The translations under genes were made by a program, and so were the position numbers. DNA of 64,000 nt from a virus, in the IMG/VR virus record IMGVR_UViG_3300008113_000108, positions 1 to 64,000 of that record; one strand, written 5' to 3'. The notes under the pieces are model-generated. The model searched no databases and had not been told where the DNA came from. It saw nothing but the letters and a program-made list of their open reading frames with translations. Below, in pieces: positions 7,003 to 18,668 of the stretch. How positions within the stretch are numbered: the stretch's first letter is position 1; each line of letters begins with the position of its first letter.

Positions 7003-8268
7003 ATGGAATTACCTACTATCTCTGCTTTAGAATTTTCTCAAATCAGAGAATCCATCAAAAATTACATCAAAACTAAGACAGATTTCAAAGACTACGACTT
7101 TGAAGGCTCTAACTTGTCCATGCTTGTGGACATTTTAGCGTATAATAGCATGTATTCGTCATATAACGTCAATATGGCGGCGAATGAGCTAAATCTTGAC
7201 ACCTCTGTTCTTCGTGACAATGTAGTTTCTCATGCAAAGAGACTAGGTTATACTCCAAATTCATATACTTCAGCAAGAATTGAGTTTAATATTACAGCAA
7301 ACAATATTTCTCAGTATCAGAGCATCTATATTCCAGCAGGTCCACTATTTTCAGTAACTCAAAATAATAAAACTTATACATTTATTACTAGAGACAGATA
7401 TATTTTAAACACTCAAGGTGTATCTAGTGCAACGTTTACAAATATTGAAGTTAAAGAAGGACAAGAGTTTTCAATCAGATATACAGTAGACGATAGTAAC
7501 GAAAACCAAAGATTTTTTGTACCTAATAATTTTGTAGACGCAGATTCTATTAAAATTTCTGTAATTTCAGATCCTGCGACAAACTTAGAAGTAGAGTACG
7601 AGAAGAAAACTAGTATTGTTGGTGTTGGTCCATCAGACAAGATTTTCTTCGTAGAAGAAGTTCAGGATCAGAAGTACGAAATTATTTTTGGCGATGATGT
7701 TATTGGAAGAAAATTACAGAATGGAGAAGTTATCATCATTCGTTATGTAATTACATCTGGTTCTACAGCAAATGATATTGCAGGGTCTCAGTTAAAGTTT
7801 GTTGGGACTGTAAAGGGTGTCAACAATGGCGTAGAGACCACAATTGGAGCTGTTAATATTACATCAACTCCACTATCTACTAAAACTGATGGTGGCTCAG
7901 AGTTTGAACCAATCAAATCAATTAAATACAGGGCTCCAAGGTATTACGCTTCACAACAAAGAGCTGTAGTAAATAATGACTATGAGAGCATTCTTCAAAA
8001 TATTTACGCTAATGCTGATTTAGTCCGAGTTGTTGGCGGGGAGACCAAATCTCCACCAGAATATGGCAAAGTTTTTATCTCAATCAAGCCTAAAGTAGGA
8101 AGTAAGATCTCTCCAGTAGAGAAAAGACGTATTGTAGATGAAATTAAGACTTATACTGTAGGTTCTATTACCCCAGTAATTGAAGATGCAATTCCATTTA
8201 CCATTCTATTAAATGTCAATGTAATTTATGAAAAATTAAAAATAACACTGAAGACAAATATACAATGA
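7003..8268 (+). CDS. gp6: Baseplate wedge gp6, N-terminal part (frame broken near 8230)
   Basis: FKDYDFEGSNLS..DILAYN, YEIIFGDDVIG, QQRAV..DYE, PPEYGKVFISIKP. Confidence 0.88.
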   Translation: MELPTISALEFSQIRESIKNYIKTKTDFKDYDFEGSNLSMLVDILAYNSMYSSYNVNMAANELNLDTSVLRDNVVSHAKRLGYTPNSYTSARIEFNITANNISQYQSIYIPAGPLFSVTQNNKTYTFITRDRYILNTQGVSSATFTNIEVKEGQEFSIRYTVDDSNENQRFFVPNNFVDADSIKISVISDPATNLEVEYEKKTSIVGVGPSDKIFFVEEVQDQKYEIIFGDDVIGRKLQNGEVIIIRYVITSGSTANDIAGSQLKFVGTVKGVNNGVETTIGAVNITSTPLSTKTDGGSEFEPIKSIKYRAPRYYASQQRAVVNNDYESILQNIYANADLVRVVGGETKSPPEYGKVFISIKPKVGSKISPVEKRRIVDEIKTYTVGSITPVIEDAIPFTILLNVNVIYEKLKITLKTNIQ

Positions 8269-8954
8269 TTAGTGATCCTTTCTGCATCAAAGGATTCAAT
8301 GAACCAGTATTTTTAGCAGCATTTAGTGATAAATTTGCATCATATAACGTAAATGATTGTAGTCAAAGAGAAAACGCAGACATTTATCTATTAACTCTAA
8401 AAGAGAGAGTTGTAGCAAAGGTAGGAAAAATCAATTATGAGACTGGAGAACTCAATTTTACAGTAGTTGCATGTCAAGATGCCCCAATAAATATTTACGT
8501 AGTTCCAGATAGTCCAGATATTACAACGGGTTCAGACACTTATCCTAACATTGAAGTAACTGATGTAAATCCTCTTGACGTGACCGAATACTCAAATGAT
8601 GATTTAAGTACAGAAGCAATTGTTCCAAGAACATTTACGTCCACAACATCATCTGGCGATCCTTTAGGATCAAATCCAATTAATGACGTACCAGGAAGCA
8701 CAACCGTAAATCCAGATGGCAGTGTTACTACTGTAGATGATGATGGAACTGCCACAACGACTAATCCTGATGGATCTACCACAGTCGAGGAACCAACAAC
8801 TGCAACTGATGAGTGTGAAAAGCTATATGCCAAGATTTCTGCCCAAGGTTTTGCAGATAATGCAACTCTACAGGCTCTTGCAACACTAGGTTGTCCCCCT
8901 CCTGATACTGATATCGAAGACTTTACACCAATAAATCCAGATACCTGCTCATGA
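8232..8954 (+). CDS. gp6: Baseplate wedge gp6, C-terminal part in another frame
   Basis: Frame opens at 8232; VGKINYETGEL is typical of the gp6 C-terminus; followed by T/D-rich NPDGS repeats. Confidence 0.7.
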   Translation, partial: KIKNNTEDKYTMISDPFCIKGFNEPVFLAAFSDKFASYNVNDCSQRENADIYLLTLKERVVAKVGKINYETGELNFTVVACQDAPINIYVVPDSPDITTGSDTYPNIEVTDVNPLDVTEYSNDDLSTEAIVPRTFTSTTSSGDPLGSNPINDVPGSTTVNPDGSVTTVDDDGTATTTNPDGSTTVEEPTTATDECEKLYAKISAQGFADNATLQALATLGCPPPDTDIEDFTPINPDTCS

Positions 8955-11900
8955 CAACTTTAGACCAAAAAATTGTTGACACTTCAGTATTAATTGAGAA
9001 GCAACTTCCGTCATTTGTAAGGGAATCTAATCAAAAGTTTATATCTTTCCTAACCTCTTATTATGAATCGCAAGAGGTTAAATATAATTCTTTAGATATT
9101 GTAGAGAACTTAATTGATTATTACAATATTGGATACTATACTCCTAGCAAGCTAGTTGAGTATACTACAGTAATGTCTTTGGTTTCTGCTGATGCAACTA
9201 CGATTACTGTATTGAGCACTATTGGATTTCCAGAATCTAATGGATATATTCAAATTGGCGATGAAATAATTTTCTATAAATCAAAAACAAAAACTCAGTT
9301 TGTAGATTGTGTACGTGCAACTGGGGCGTTTGTTCTTGACAAAATTCCAACATCAGAAGTAGTATATAAAAAGAGCAAAGAAGCATCAAGTTATATTCCC
9401 GAAACTAAAGTATATAATATTTCATATCAGTTTGTTACTGAATTTTTTGATAGAATTAAGTCTGAAATCTCTCCAACATTACCAGAGACTTTAGCACCAG
9501 AATTAAATATATCATCTTTCCTAAAAAATATCAGTTCTTTTTATCGTGCAAAAGGAACTGAAAATTCACATAAACTACTCTTTAGAATCTTATTTAATGA
9601 GAGGAGAGTAAAGTTAAAATTAAAGTCAAGTGGTACTGGAGCAGTAATTGATATTCTAAACTATTCTGGAGATATCAGTTCTTTCCAAATTTCTTCTGCT
9701 GGAAGTGGTTATTATTACGAACTACCAACTAATGGTGGACCTTTGGTTGCTCCACCTGTAATCGACATCATTGGTTCTGGAACTGGAGCAGTGAACCCAG
9801 TGACTTCTATTGCTTCAAAGAGAGCTGAAATGGTTGTTACTGGAATGAATTCTTCTGGTGGCATTACTGCTGTTCAAGTTGCAAACAAAGGATCTGGATA
9901 TATTGGTCCTATTACTGCAAGAGTTAGAGAGAGAATTTTCGACCAAGATCAGATCGTCAACTGCCTAGATTCAAATAATAACGTTATTGGTAGGGGGAAA
10001 GTCTATAGTTGGAGCGATTCCTCCCGAGAGCTTATTTTATATGAAATTACTGGGTATTTTAAGGCCAATTCAAAGCTTATTGGAGTGGGTGGCGAGAGCC
10101 CTCGCTCTATAATTTCTGCTGCATATCCAGTAACTACTCTAAACAAAGAGGGCAACCCATCAATTGAGATTATTCCAAATGAAGTTAGAGTAGAGAGACC
10201 TAAAGAGAATGTAATTCGACCATCTTCATCTTCATTCTATGAAAGACGAATTGTTCGTTGCGAATTAATTTCTGGAGCCCAAAATTTAGATAATGTAAAG
10301 CTACTAGAGTTAGTCCAAAGCAGAGACTTGTCATATGAAATTCCTGGAGTAGTGTTAGAAATAACAGAGATTCAAAAGCTACAGGATAATTTATACGAAT
10401 TTGAAATCGGAGATAATTTAAAGTACAATAAATTATTTTTGCCACCATCTACAGTAGTAACTCAAACTTCTACATTAACATCAAATACACTTGCAACAGT
10501 TACTACCACCAATGCTAAAAATTTCCCTACAAGAAATGGAAAATTATACATCAATGGTAGAATAGTAGAATATCAATCAAGAAATGATACTCAGTTTTTA
10601 AGCTGTAGAATAATTTCAGGAACATCTCCATTAGTAGTTCAAAATAAAGATAATGCATATCTTTATGGAAGAACTTGTATTACTTCTGGAAGTGTAAATT
10701 ATTTTCTAAATGGATATATTAATGGAGATAGAAGCTTAACTCCTATTGTGTTCAAAATTATTGGTGTTCCATCTGAGATTAAAATTTCTAATGGAGGAGC
10801 TTTATATTCATCATCATTATTTAAATTTGCTACTGATACTACAGATTCAATTTTAACTGGTAAATTATACAATTTTGGTTCAGTTGATCAAATAATTATA
10901 GAAAACGTTGGTCAAGGATATAAAGTAAATGATAGAGTTATAGTAAATAACGAATTTACTTCTGGAAGTGGATTTTCAGCATATGTTTCAGAAATTTCAG
11001 GTGTTAATATATCATCCTATCAATTTGTAACTCAATTAGATCAACAGCTAATAAAAATTACAACCACACAGAATCATAATCTCGCTCAAAACGATGTTGT
11101 ACTTTTTGCCAACTCTCAAATTGGCAGGAAAAAGGTATTTTCAGTAGATTCCAGCACTCAATTTTCAATTCCTTGCCCAGTAGGATTTGTCACTCAAAAT
11201 TTAACCTTAACATATACAACTACTTCAAGAGGAGCATCAGGTTCTATTGTAAAGATTTTAATTTCAAATAAAGGCAATAACTATAAAAAACTCCCAGAAG
11301 TAGTTGGTGTGCAATCTGAAAATGGATATGGTGCATTGCTCCAACTAAACTCTTCTACTATTGGAAGACTATCATCTATTAGATGTGAATCCATTTATGG
11401 TGAACTAATTGGTGATCGAAAAGCTCAGTTTAATGTAAAGTTTCCATCTACTGCAAAACTTAAAAATAATTATCAAATTGCTAGAATTGATGTCATCTCT
11501 GGCGGAAATAATTATAGACCAACTGATAAAGTCAAAGTAAATGGTGTCGTTGACAATAATTATCAATTTAAAATTATAACTTCATCTGGTGTTATCACAG
11601 CAATTGAAGTAATTTATGGTGGCAATAATTTAAATGCTATTCCAACAATCACTATTCAAAGTGATTATGGAACTGGAGCACAACTAGAAGCAAAATTAGC
11701 AAGAAAATTACTATTTAAAAATGATACTTTAAATTTTGGTTCTTATTCTTCCCCAACGGGAACAGCCAAGGTAATCAATTTTGATGCTCAAACATCAACC
11801 TTAGAGTTTGAACTTGTATCAGGAGCTATCAATGAAAATGATACAATTTACTTTGCAAACAATGTAGTATATGGTCAGATATTTTCTATTAAATCTGCAT

Positions 11901-14900
11901 CTGCATATGCTACAACATCACCATATGTTTCATTCCCATTCAAGTTTTTAGACAACTATGGTTTCCTGAATGACTCTTCTCAGAGAATTCATGATAGTGA
12001 TTATTATCAAGATTGGTCATATACTATTGCGTCTACAAAAAATACTCTTGAGTGGCGTAATGAAGTAATTGCAAATACTCATCCATCAGGCTTCAAGCTA
12101 TTTGGCAAAAATTTAATTGAAAACCAGAAGCCACTATTTAAAAGCCAACAAGACGTATTTAACAGCTCTGTAATATTTAAAGCCACTTTATCAAATCTTC
12201 TAAACTTAAATATAAAATTAAGTGACTGCAAGACTCAAAAAGTACTAATTGAGAACTATGCTGCATATGCAGTTGGAGATTTTGTATATGGAAATATTTC
12301 TGGAGCAACAGGTATTGTAAAAGATATCTCTGAAAGTTACATAGAAATTTTATTACTCGGAACCTCCTCATTTGTAGTAGGTGAGTACATTTTTGAGGTT
12401 TCAAGAGATTTTGCAGCTTTTGGTAATCATGAAAGCAATACTCTATTCACCTTTTATTCTGGCATTTTACAAAAACCAGTTGATTCATATTATGTTTCAA
12501 ACAATAATTTTATTCCAAGATTCCCGCTCAACGCAGTAGATGAAATTGTTGCAAATAAGCTAACTAATGAATTCAGTGTGCTGGATTTTCAAGTTGTTGG
12601 AAATACATTAAAACTATTCAAAAATGGTGCTGCATTTAATCCTGGGTCCGCAGAGAAACTATTAATTTCAGTTAATGGTGTTGTGCAAAATCCAACATAT
12701 ACTTTATCTGGAAATATTGTAACACTGAGCACTGCACTTTCCACATCCGACACTATTTTTGTATTATATCAGCAAAATTTAAGAGTATTAACTCTATCTG
12801 GCTCTGGTACAAATTATACTATAAACTATACCCCAAGTTCTAGTTGCAATTTACTACTGTTTGCTAATTCTGTATACCAATCACAACTCTTAACTGATTT
12901 CTCTATCGTCGGTAATCAGGTATCTCTCTCAGAATCTGTAAATTCATCAAGTATCTTTGGTTGGTATATTGACGAGACAGTTACATGTTATCTTCTCAAT
13001 GTCTCTACCCTCAGTGCAAACAAGATTCTAGATGTTAATAATTGCGAAGTTAAAAAATTAACTCAATATATTGAATCAAATGTAGTAAAAACCCCAGAGT
13101 CTTTATATCAAATAACCAAAGATCTTTTAGATGGAACTGTCTATGCAGATCCAGATAATACTACTGTATATGGATTTGATAGCAGATTTACCTATACAAA
13201 TCCAGAATATTCAAGTAGTTATGTAGAAGTATTAAACGAAATAACTTTTAATGGATCTACAACAACATTTAATCTACGTTATACCGATGGGCTTCCATAT
13301 GCACCAGTAAATGGAAAAAATACTTTACTTGTATATGTTAATAATCAAGTTGTAGATCAAGATCAATATACAATTTCAGGATCTACAATTACATTTAACC
13401 AGGCATATAGTGCATCTGCAAAGTGTACAATTATTGATTTCAATAGCAAATACTTAGCCAATAATACTTCTTCTAAATCAGCTAATTTAGATAGATTAAA
13501 TGTAGTTCAAAATGGAACTAGAAAAACATTTAACCTATCTGATAAAGGTGTACCACAATATGTTAAAAATGTAGGTGATCTATTTGTAATTAAAAATGGA
13601 AATCTTAGAAGACCAGAAACTCAAGAACATTCTATCTCTTCCAATAAAATTACATTTGTCACTGCTCCAACTACAAATGATAATATTAAATTATGTTATT
13701 TTAACAGACAACTAGAACCAGAGAAAACTAAAAATGTAATTCTTGATTCCTTTATTTGTTTCAACGGAGTAAGAGCAACATTCCCAATTTCTTTAGATGG
13801 AATTTTGTTTGCTCCAATTACTGAGCATCATTTATTTGTAGTTAGAAACAGTGTATATCAAAAGCCAACTATTGATTATACTATTTCTGGCACAAATATT
13901 ACATTTACAACCGCTCCTCTCTATGGAGAAGAGGTTTCCGTTTATTATTCATATGATGGATTAACTCAAAACTTTAAATTTGATGATTTGAGGATGTATA
14001 CTGGCAGTCAGTCAACATTCTCTTTGACTAAAAATTATATTAGCACTACAGTGTATAGTGCTAGCCACTTACAAGTAGTCAGAAACGGAGTATATCAATA
14101 TCCTGGTATTGATTATAGCGTTGGCGGAGTTTCTGATTCTAGGTACATTAATTTTGTAACTGCACCAACAAATTCAGATGATATCAGCATCGTAAATTAT
14201 AAATCTGAAGATTTAGTTGATGTTACTAATAGATTTACTCAAATTAACACAACTTCTCTACAATATACTTCTCAAGCACCTGCAATTGATACTTCTGTAT
14301 TCTTAATCTATGTAAATGGCATTCTTCAGGTTGGTAATTCATGGAGTTTTAATACTACTACTAATGTATTAACTTTCCAAGGTTTTGTAAGTCTTTCTCT
14401 CGATAAAGTACAAGTTTTAGCATTCAAGACTGCAAAGAGAATACTAGATCCTATTACTATTGTTTCTGGAACAACCACTTACAATTTACAAGTTAATAAT
14501 TCTACCATAACAACAAGTCTTCCAACAAATAGTTCAGACTTACTAGTAAGCGTCAATGGAGTCCAGCAGCTACCAATTTCTGCGTACACTGTTTCTGGAT
14601 CTACTATCACATTTATTGATTCAAATCTTCCTGTAGGCGGCTCTGTTTACATCTATCAAATTGGATCATCCACTTTTGATACTGAAGTTATTGATTATAT
14701 TAATGATAATTATGCAAAATCAACATATAAACTACAAGTAAACTACAAGAGTTTTAATCCTCCAGCATCTTCTGACATTTTTGTATTGAGAAATGGAGTT
14801 CTACAGAATCCTGGCGAAGACTTTATTGCTGGAAATGGATATATCACATTCACCACAAATATTACTGGTGCAGATGATGTATACTTAGGATATCGTCATG

Positions 14901-16966
14901 GCACTACAGAAATTGCAATTAACAGCGTAAGTGGAACTACAGTAACACTGGCTACATCAATTCCATCCTCTCAATACAAAGATTTAGTTCTTCATATCAA
15001 TGGAGTTCCTCAATTCTATGGAACTAACTTTACTATTTCTGGAAATGTCGTAACATTATCTTCTTCAGTTCAAATTGATTCAATTTTTGCAATTAAATAT
15101 GTTCCAATAACTTTTATAGATCCTATCGAAGATTGTCCAAATTCAATCAGAACTAAATTTAGATTATTCTATAATGCTCAAAATTTAATTATTGCAAACA
15201 TTTTGCAAGATGCAGATATTCTAGTGTCTGTAAATGGAATTATTCAATACCCAGGAGTTCAATATACAATATCTCCAAATAGAGGAATCATTGAATTCTT
15301 AACTCCTCCACAATTCACTGATCAAATTTTCATGGTTAGGATGAGTGGAAATGAAGTGGTTAATCTTACTTCTGTTTCTGGTTCAAATACTGTATATAAT
15401 CTAAGTCAATCAATTCCAACACAGAGACAGGAAAATCTAGTAGTATTTTCAAACAATGCATGGAAATTTAATGAACTAGGAGAATATACTTATAACACCA
15501 CATCAAGAATTACTCTAGCAGCTGCAAATACATCAACATACGTGTTTGGCATTAAATTTGCTGGAATATTCCATCTATTAGATCAAATTAATACACCATA
15601 TAATGGATCCAATATTAAATTTAACCTATTCTTAAACCAGGAAAACTTTATGCCTCCTGGAACAATCGAGAATGATGTAATCCCATCTGAATCTAGTTTG
15701 GTTGTTGTTAAAAATGGTAAAATTCTGGATCCTGGAGTAGAATACACACTTCAGGGAGATATCAAGAGTCAAATTCAATTCTCAGTTGCTCCAATTTCAA
15801 CTGATGTAATTTCAGTGAAGTGTGTCGGATCTTTCTTAAAACTTCTATCTATTACTTCTGGATTTGGCGGAAAAACCTACAGTCTTAAAAAACAAGACAA
15901 TACTGCATATTATCCAAATGCAGGCATTAATCGTCCAAGATCCTATGAGAATCAAATTCTCGTAATTAAAGATGGAAACATTCAAAGCCCACTCTATGAT
16001 TACTATGTTGACAACGACAAATTAATCTTTAACAATAACTTAACCGCATCAAAATTAGTCATTCTTGATTTTAGAGGTACTAAGTCAGATGTAAACATTG
16101 ATAGTGTTTCATATCAAGTTAACGCTGGAGATAGAATTAAAATTGATGGTGAGCAGAATGAAAGAATTGTTTCTGAAGTAATATCTCCAACAGTCTTAAA
16201 AACAATTTCTTATGCTGGATCTAAGCCTTCTGGTTTTACTGGAACTGCTACCACATCTAGTGGCAAATTAACAGCAATTACTGTAACAAATGGCGGAAAA
16301 GGATACAAATACCCAGTTGTTCTCAGAACTTCTGGAAGTGGTCATGGAGCAAAAGCAACTGCATCAGTAAATAATACTCTTGGTGGTGCAATCCAAGCTC
16401 CAATTCTAATTCAATATCCTGGTTATAATCAATACGTAACTCAGAATGTAATCCCAACATCATATGCATACGCACAGAAGAGAACTCAGTTAAGTACTTC
16501 AAATGTAAAAATTGGAACTAAGTTAACTGCAAATATTAACTCTACGACTGAAGTTATTCCTCTTGCAAATGCACAAAACTTTGAGCAAAGTGATGCTGTA
16601 GTTAATATTACATCCTCTACTGGATCTGGAGCTACATTTAGAGCGTTTATAAGTAATGGAAGAGTTAGAAAAGTAGAAGTTCTAACTCCAGGAATTGGTT
16701 ATGATGATAGAGACGCCGAGATTACCATCACTGGCGGTGGCGGAAGTGGTTGCGTTCTAGAAACAATTCTTGATAGTATGGGTAGAGTTACCTCTGTTGT
16801 TGTTAGAAATTCTGGAGAGGGATATGATGTGTTTAGAGTAATTATTGATAGGGATATAATTGAATATACTAATATTGTTTCAAATCAATTAGTGGGATGT
16901 ACCAGATTACCATCTTCACTTGCCCACAACCAAGATGACATCGTATATTATGACAAATTTATATAA
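8951..16966 (+). CDS. gp7: Baseplate wedge initiator gp7-like giant protein
   Basis: IEKQLPSFVRE, FYRAKGT..S.KLLFRILF, IHDSDYYQDWSY..HPSGFKLFG; many VNGV.Q.P..DYT.SG..ITF repeats; lies between gp6 and gp8. Confidence 0.85.
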   Translation: MTTLDQKIVDTSVLIEKQLPSFVRESNQKFISFLTSYYESQEVKYNSLDIVENLIDYYNIGYYTPSKLVEYTTVMSLVSADATTITVLSTIGFPESNGYIQIGDEIIFYKSKTKTQFVDCVRATGAFVLDKIPTSEVVYKKSKEASSYIPETKVYNISYQFVTEFFDRIKSEISPTLPETLAPELNISSFLKNISSFYRAKGTENSHKLLFRILFNERRVKLKLKSSGTGAVIDILNYSGDISSFQISSAGSGYYYELPTNGGPLVAPPVIDIIGSGTGAVNPVTSIASKRAEMVVTGMNSSGGITAVQVANKGSGYIGPITARVRERIFDQDQIVNCLDSNNNVIGRGKVYSWSDSSRELILYEITGYFKANSKLIGVGGESPRSIISAAYPVTTLNKEGNPSIEIIPNEVRVERPKENVIRPSSSSFYERRIVRCELISGAQNLDNVKLLELVQSRDLSYEIPGVVLEITEIQKLQDNLYEFEIGDNLKYNKLFLPPSTVVTQTSTLTSNTLATVTTTNAKNFPTRNGKLYINGRIVEYQSRNDTQFLSCRIISGTSPLVVQNKDNAYLYGRTCITSGSVNYFLNGYINGDRSLTPIVFKIIGVPSEIKISNGGALYSSSLFKFATDTTDSILTGKLYNFGSVDQIIIENVGQGYKVNDRVIVNNEFTSGSGFSAYVSEISGVNISSYQFVTQLDQQLIKITTTQNHNLAQNDVVLFANSQIGRKKVFSVDSSTQFSIPCPVGFVTQNLTLTYTTTSRGASGSIVKILISNKGNNYKKLPEVVGVQSENGYGALLQLNSSTIGRLSSIRCESIYGELIGDRKAQFNVKFPSTAKLKNNYQIARIDVISGGNNYRPTDKVKVNGVVDNNYQFKIITSSGVITAIEVIYGGNNLNAIPTITIQSDYGTGAQLEAKLARKLLFKNDTLNFGSYSSPTGTAKVINFDAQTSTLEFELVSGAINENDTIYFANNVVYGQIFSIKSASAYATTSPYVSFPFKFLDNYGFLNDSSQRIHDSDYYQDWSYTIASTKNTLEWRNEVIANTHPSGFKLFGKNLIENQKPLFKSQQDVFNSSVIFKATLSNLLNLNIKLSDCKTQKVLIENYAAYAVGDFVYGNISGATGIVKDISESYIEILLLGTSSFVVGEYIFEVSRDFAAFGNHESNTLFTFYSGILQKPVDSYYVSNNNFIPRFPLNAVDEIVANKLTNEFSVLDFQVVGNTLKLFKNGAAFNPGSAEKLLISVNGVVQNPTYTLSGNIVTLSTALSTSDTIFVLYQQNLRVLTLSGSGTNYTINYTPSSSCNLLLFANSVYQSQLLTDFSIVGNQVSLSESVNSSSIFGWYIDETVTCYLLNVSTLSANKILDVNNCEVKKLTQYIESNVVKTPESLYQITKDLLDGTVYADPDNTTVYGFDSRFTYTNPEYSSSYVEVLNEITFNGSTTTFNLRYTDGLPYAPVNGKNTLLVYVNNQVVDQDQYTISGSTITFNQAYSASAKCTIIDFNSKYLANNTSSKSANLDRLNVVQNGTRKTFNLSDKGVPQYVKNVGDLFVIKNGNLRRPETQEHSISSNKITFVTAPTTNDNIKLCYFNRQLEPEKTKNVILDSFICFNGVRATFPISLDGILFAPITEHHLFVVRNSVYQKPTIDYTISGTNITFTTAPLYGEEVSVYYSYDGLTQNFKFDDLRMYTGSQSTFSLTKNYISTTVYSASHLQVVRNGVYQYPGIDYSVGGVSDSRYINFVTAPTNSDDISIVNYKSEDLVDVTNRFTQINTTSLQYTSQAPAIDTSVFLIYVNGILQVGNSWSFNTTTNVLTFQGFVSLSLDKVQVLAFKTAKRILDPITIVSGTTTYNLQVNNSTITTSLPTNSSDLLVSVNGVQQLPISAYTVSGSTITFIDSNLPVGGSVYIYQIGSSTFDTEVIDYINDNYAKSTYKLQVNYKSFNPPASSDIFVLRNGVLQNPGEDFIAGNGYITFTTNITGADDVYLGYRHGTTEIAINSVSGTTVTLATSIPSSQYKDLVLHINGVPQFYGTNFTISGNVVTLSSSVQIDSIFAIKYVPITFIDPIEDCPNSIRTKFRLFYNAQNLIIANILQDADILVSVNGIIQYPGVQYTISPNRGIIEFLTPPQFTDQIFMVRMSGNEVVNLTSVSGSNTVYNLSQSIPTQRQENLVVFSNNAWKFNELGEYTYNTTSRITLAAANTSTYVFGIKFAGIFHLLDQINTPYNGSNIKFNLFLNQENFMPPGTIENDVIPSESSLVVVKNGKILDPGVEYTLQGDIKSQIQFSVAPISTDVISVKCVGSFLKLLSITSGFGGKTYSLKKQDNTAYYPNAGINRPRSYENQILVIKDGNIQSPLYDYYVDNDKLIFNNNLTASKLVILDFRGTKSDVNIDSVSYQVNAGDRIKIDGEQNERIVSEVISPTVLKTISYAGSKPSGFTGTATTSSGKLTAITVTNGGKGYKYPVVLRTSGSGHGAKATASVNNTLGGAIQAPILIQYPGYNQYVTQNVIPTSYAYAQKRTQLSTSNVKIGTKLTANINSTTEVIPLANAQNFEQSDAVVNITSSTGSGATFRAFISNGRVRKVEVLTPGIGYDDRDAEITITGGGGSGCVLETILDSMGRVTSVVVRNSGEGYDVFRVIIDRDIIEYTNIVSNQLVGCTRLPSSLAHNQDDIVYYDKFI

Positions 16967-16972
16967 TAAATA
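16967..16972 (+). promoter_or_regulatory. Late promoter
   Basis: TAAATA in intergenic gap before gp8. Confidence 0.7.
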
Positions 16973-17007
16973 ATCATAACAAAGACAAACTATAAGGACA
17001 CCGAATA

Positions 17008-18624
17008 ATGCCTTCATTAGTATCAGATAATTTTAGAATTTTTGCGTCTCAACAATTTATCGAGTCTCTAGAAGAGCCATACAACAGTTCTTCTGCTCCA
17101 ACTTCAGAAGATGCTGTCGGTAATCCTACCGAATCAGCAGCATCTCAAGCTTACAGAAGCAAAATTTATCTTTTTATTGGACGTTCATATAACTGGAATG
17201 ATACTACTGCAGGCGCTGTTGCAGAGAAATATGCAGGAGTTTCTACTGTATCCGACTTTTCTCCACCAAATCCAGTAGATTCATTTGATGAATTGAGTGA
17301 GATTTATGATGATATGATCGCTATCAAGAGAGTTACCCGAAGCGACGTATCAGAAGTAATTAGAAGAAGAGTGTGGCAGACTGGCGTAGTCTATGATATG
17401 TACAAGCATGATTATGGAACTGTGATCAATGGTCAGCCAAAAATTTCTGCAACTGGTCAATCAAAGCTTTATGATTCTCAGTTCTATGTGATGAATAAAG
17501 ATTTCCAGGTTTATAAGTGCATCTACAATGGTCAAGATCCAGATGTAAACCAAAATGGAAAGGTTTCAACAGTAGAACCTACTGGGACAAGCACTAGTAT
17601 TTTCACTACCTCTGATGGATATAAGTGGAAGTACATGTATACTATTTCCATCTCCGATTATATTAAATTTGTTTCTTCAGATTTTATCCCTGTAAGGAGA
17701 GATACATCTGTTCAAAACGCTGCAGTCGATGGGGCTATTCATCAAGCTCTGATCACGAATAGAGGAACAGGTCTTACAAATGGAACTTTCTATACACCAG
17801 TAATTGGTGATGGGACTTCTAAGTGTATCATTAGAGTTACAGTAGCTTCTTCTCAAATTACTGCTGCAGAAGTAGAGAATGCATATCTCGGTGCTGGATA
17901 TACATATGGAATTGTTGATTTGACCAAGTGCTATTCAAGTGCTGCAAATGCAAATACTGAGACTGGCACTGTGACTAGCTTAGGCACCACTGCTAAACTT
18001 GAGGCTATTATTTCTCCTCCAGGCGGACATGGCTCAAATGCAATTTATGAGCTAGGTGGATTCAGAGTAATGATCAATAAGAGTTTAGACTTCCTAGATG
18101 GAAATGGTGATATTCCTATCAACATGCAGTTTAGAAGATTTGGTCTTATCGAAGATCCTCAAACTGTAGGAAACTTAGATTATACCGCTCCAACTGCTGC
18201 AGTTTGCAGAGCGATTAAGTTCCCATCAACCACCACAGATAATTTCCAAAATGGTGAAATTATCACTCAAGCTACTACTGGGGCAAAGGGAAGAGTTATT
18301 CATTGGGATCCAGTAGATAAAATTTTAAGATATTATCAAAACGAATATATTAGCACTACTCAAGATGGTGCTAATAAGAGCAAATTGATTGCATTCTCTG
18401 GAGCATATGCAATCACTGGAGCTACCAGCCAAATCACTGCAACTCCAGACACAGCATATAGCACAGCTCCAGGAACCGTTCTATCAGGAACTACATTTAC
18501 TTCTGGATATTCAACTGGTGAAATCAAGAAATATAGTGGTAAAATCATCTATATTGAAAATAGAAAGCCAGTATTCAGATCTAACGATCAGATTGAAGAT
18601 ATCAAATTAGTGGTAGAATTTTAA
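17008..18624 (+). CDS. gp8: Baseplate wedge subunit gp8
   Basis: YLFIGR, VYDMYKHDY, VYKCIYN, DGYKWKYMYT, PPGGHG, QIEDIKLVVEF. Confidence 0.93.
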   Translation: MPSLVSDNFRIFASQQFIESLEEPYNSSSAPTSEDAVGNPTESAASQAYRSKIYLFIGRSYNWNDTTAGAVAEKYAGVSTVSDFSPPNPVDSFDELSEIYDDMIAIKRVTRSDVSEVIRRRVWQTGVVYDMYKHDYGTVINGQPKISATGQSKLYDSQFYVMNKDFQVYKCIYNGQDPDVNQNGKVSTVEPTGTSTSIFTTSDGYKWKYMYTISISDYIKFVSSDFIPVRRDTSVQNAAVDGAIHQALITNRGTGLTNGTFYTPVIGDGTSKCIIRVTVASSQITAAEVENAYLGAGYTYGIVDLTKCYSSAANANTETGTVTSLGTTAKLEAIISPPGGHGSNAIYELGGFRVMINKSLDFLDGNGDIPINMQFRRFGLIEDPQTVGNLDYTAPTAAVCRAIKFPSTTTDNFQNGEIITQATTGAKGRVIHWDPVDKILRYYQNEYISTTQDGANKSKLIAFSGAYAITGATSQITATPDTAYSTAPGTVLSGTTFTSGYSTGEIKKYSGKIIYIENRKPVFRSNDQIEDIKLVVEF

Positions 18625-18668
18625 AATAAATAATAAAAAACGACTATAAACTTTGAAGGTTTAAATAA

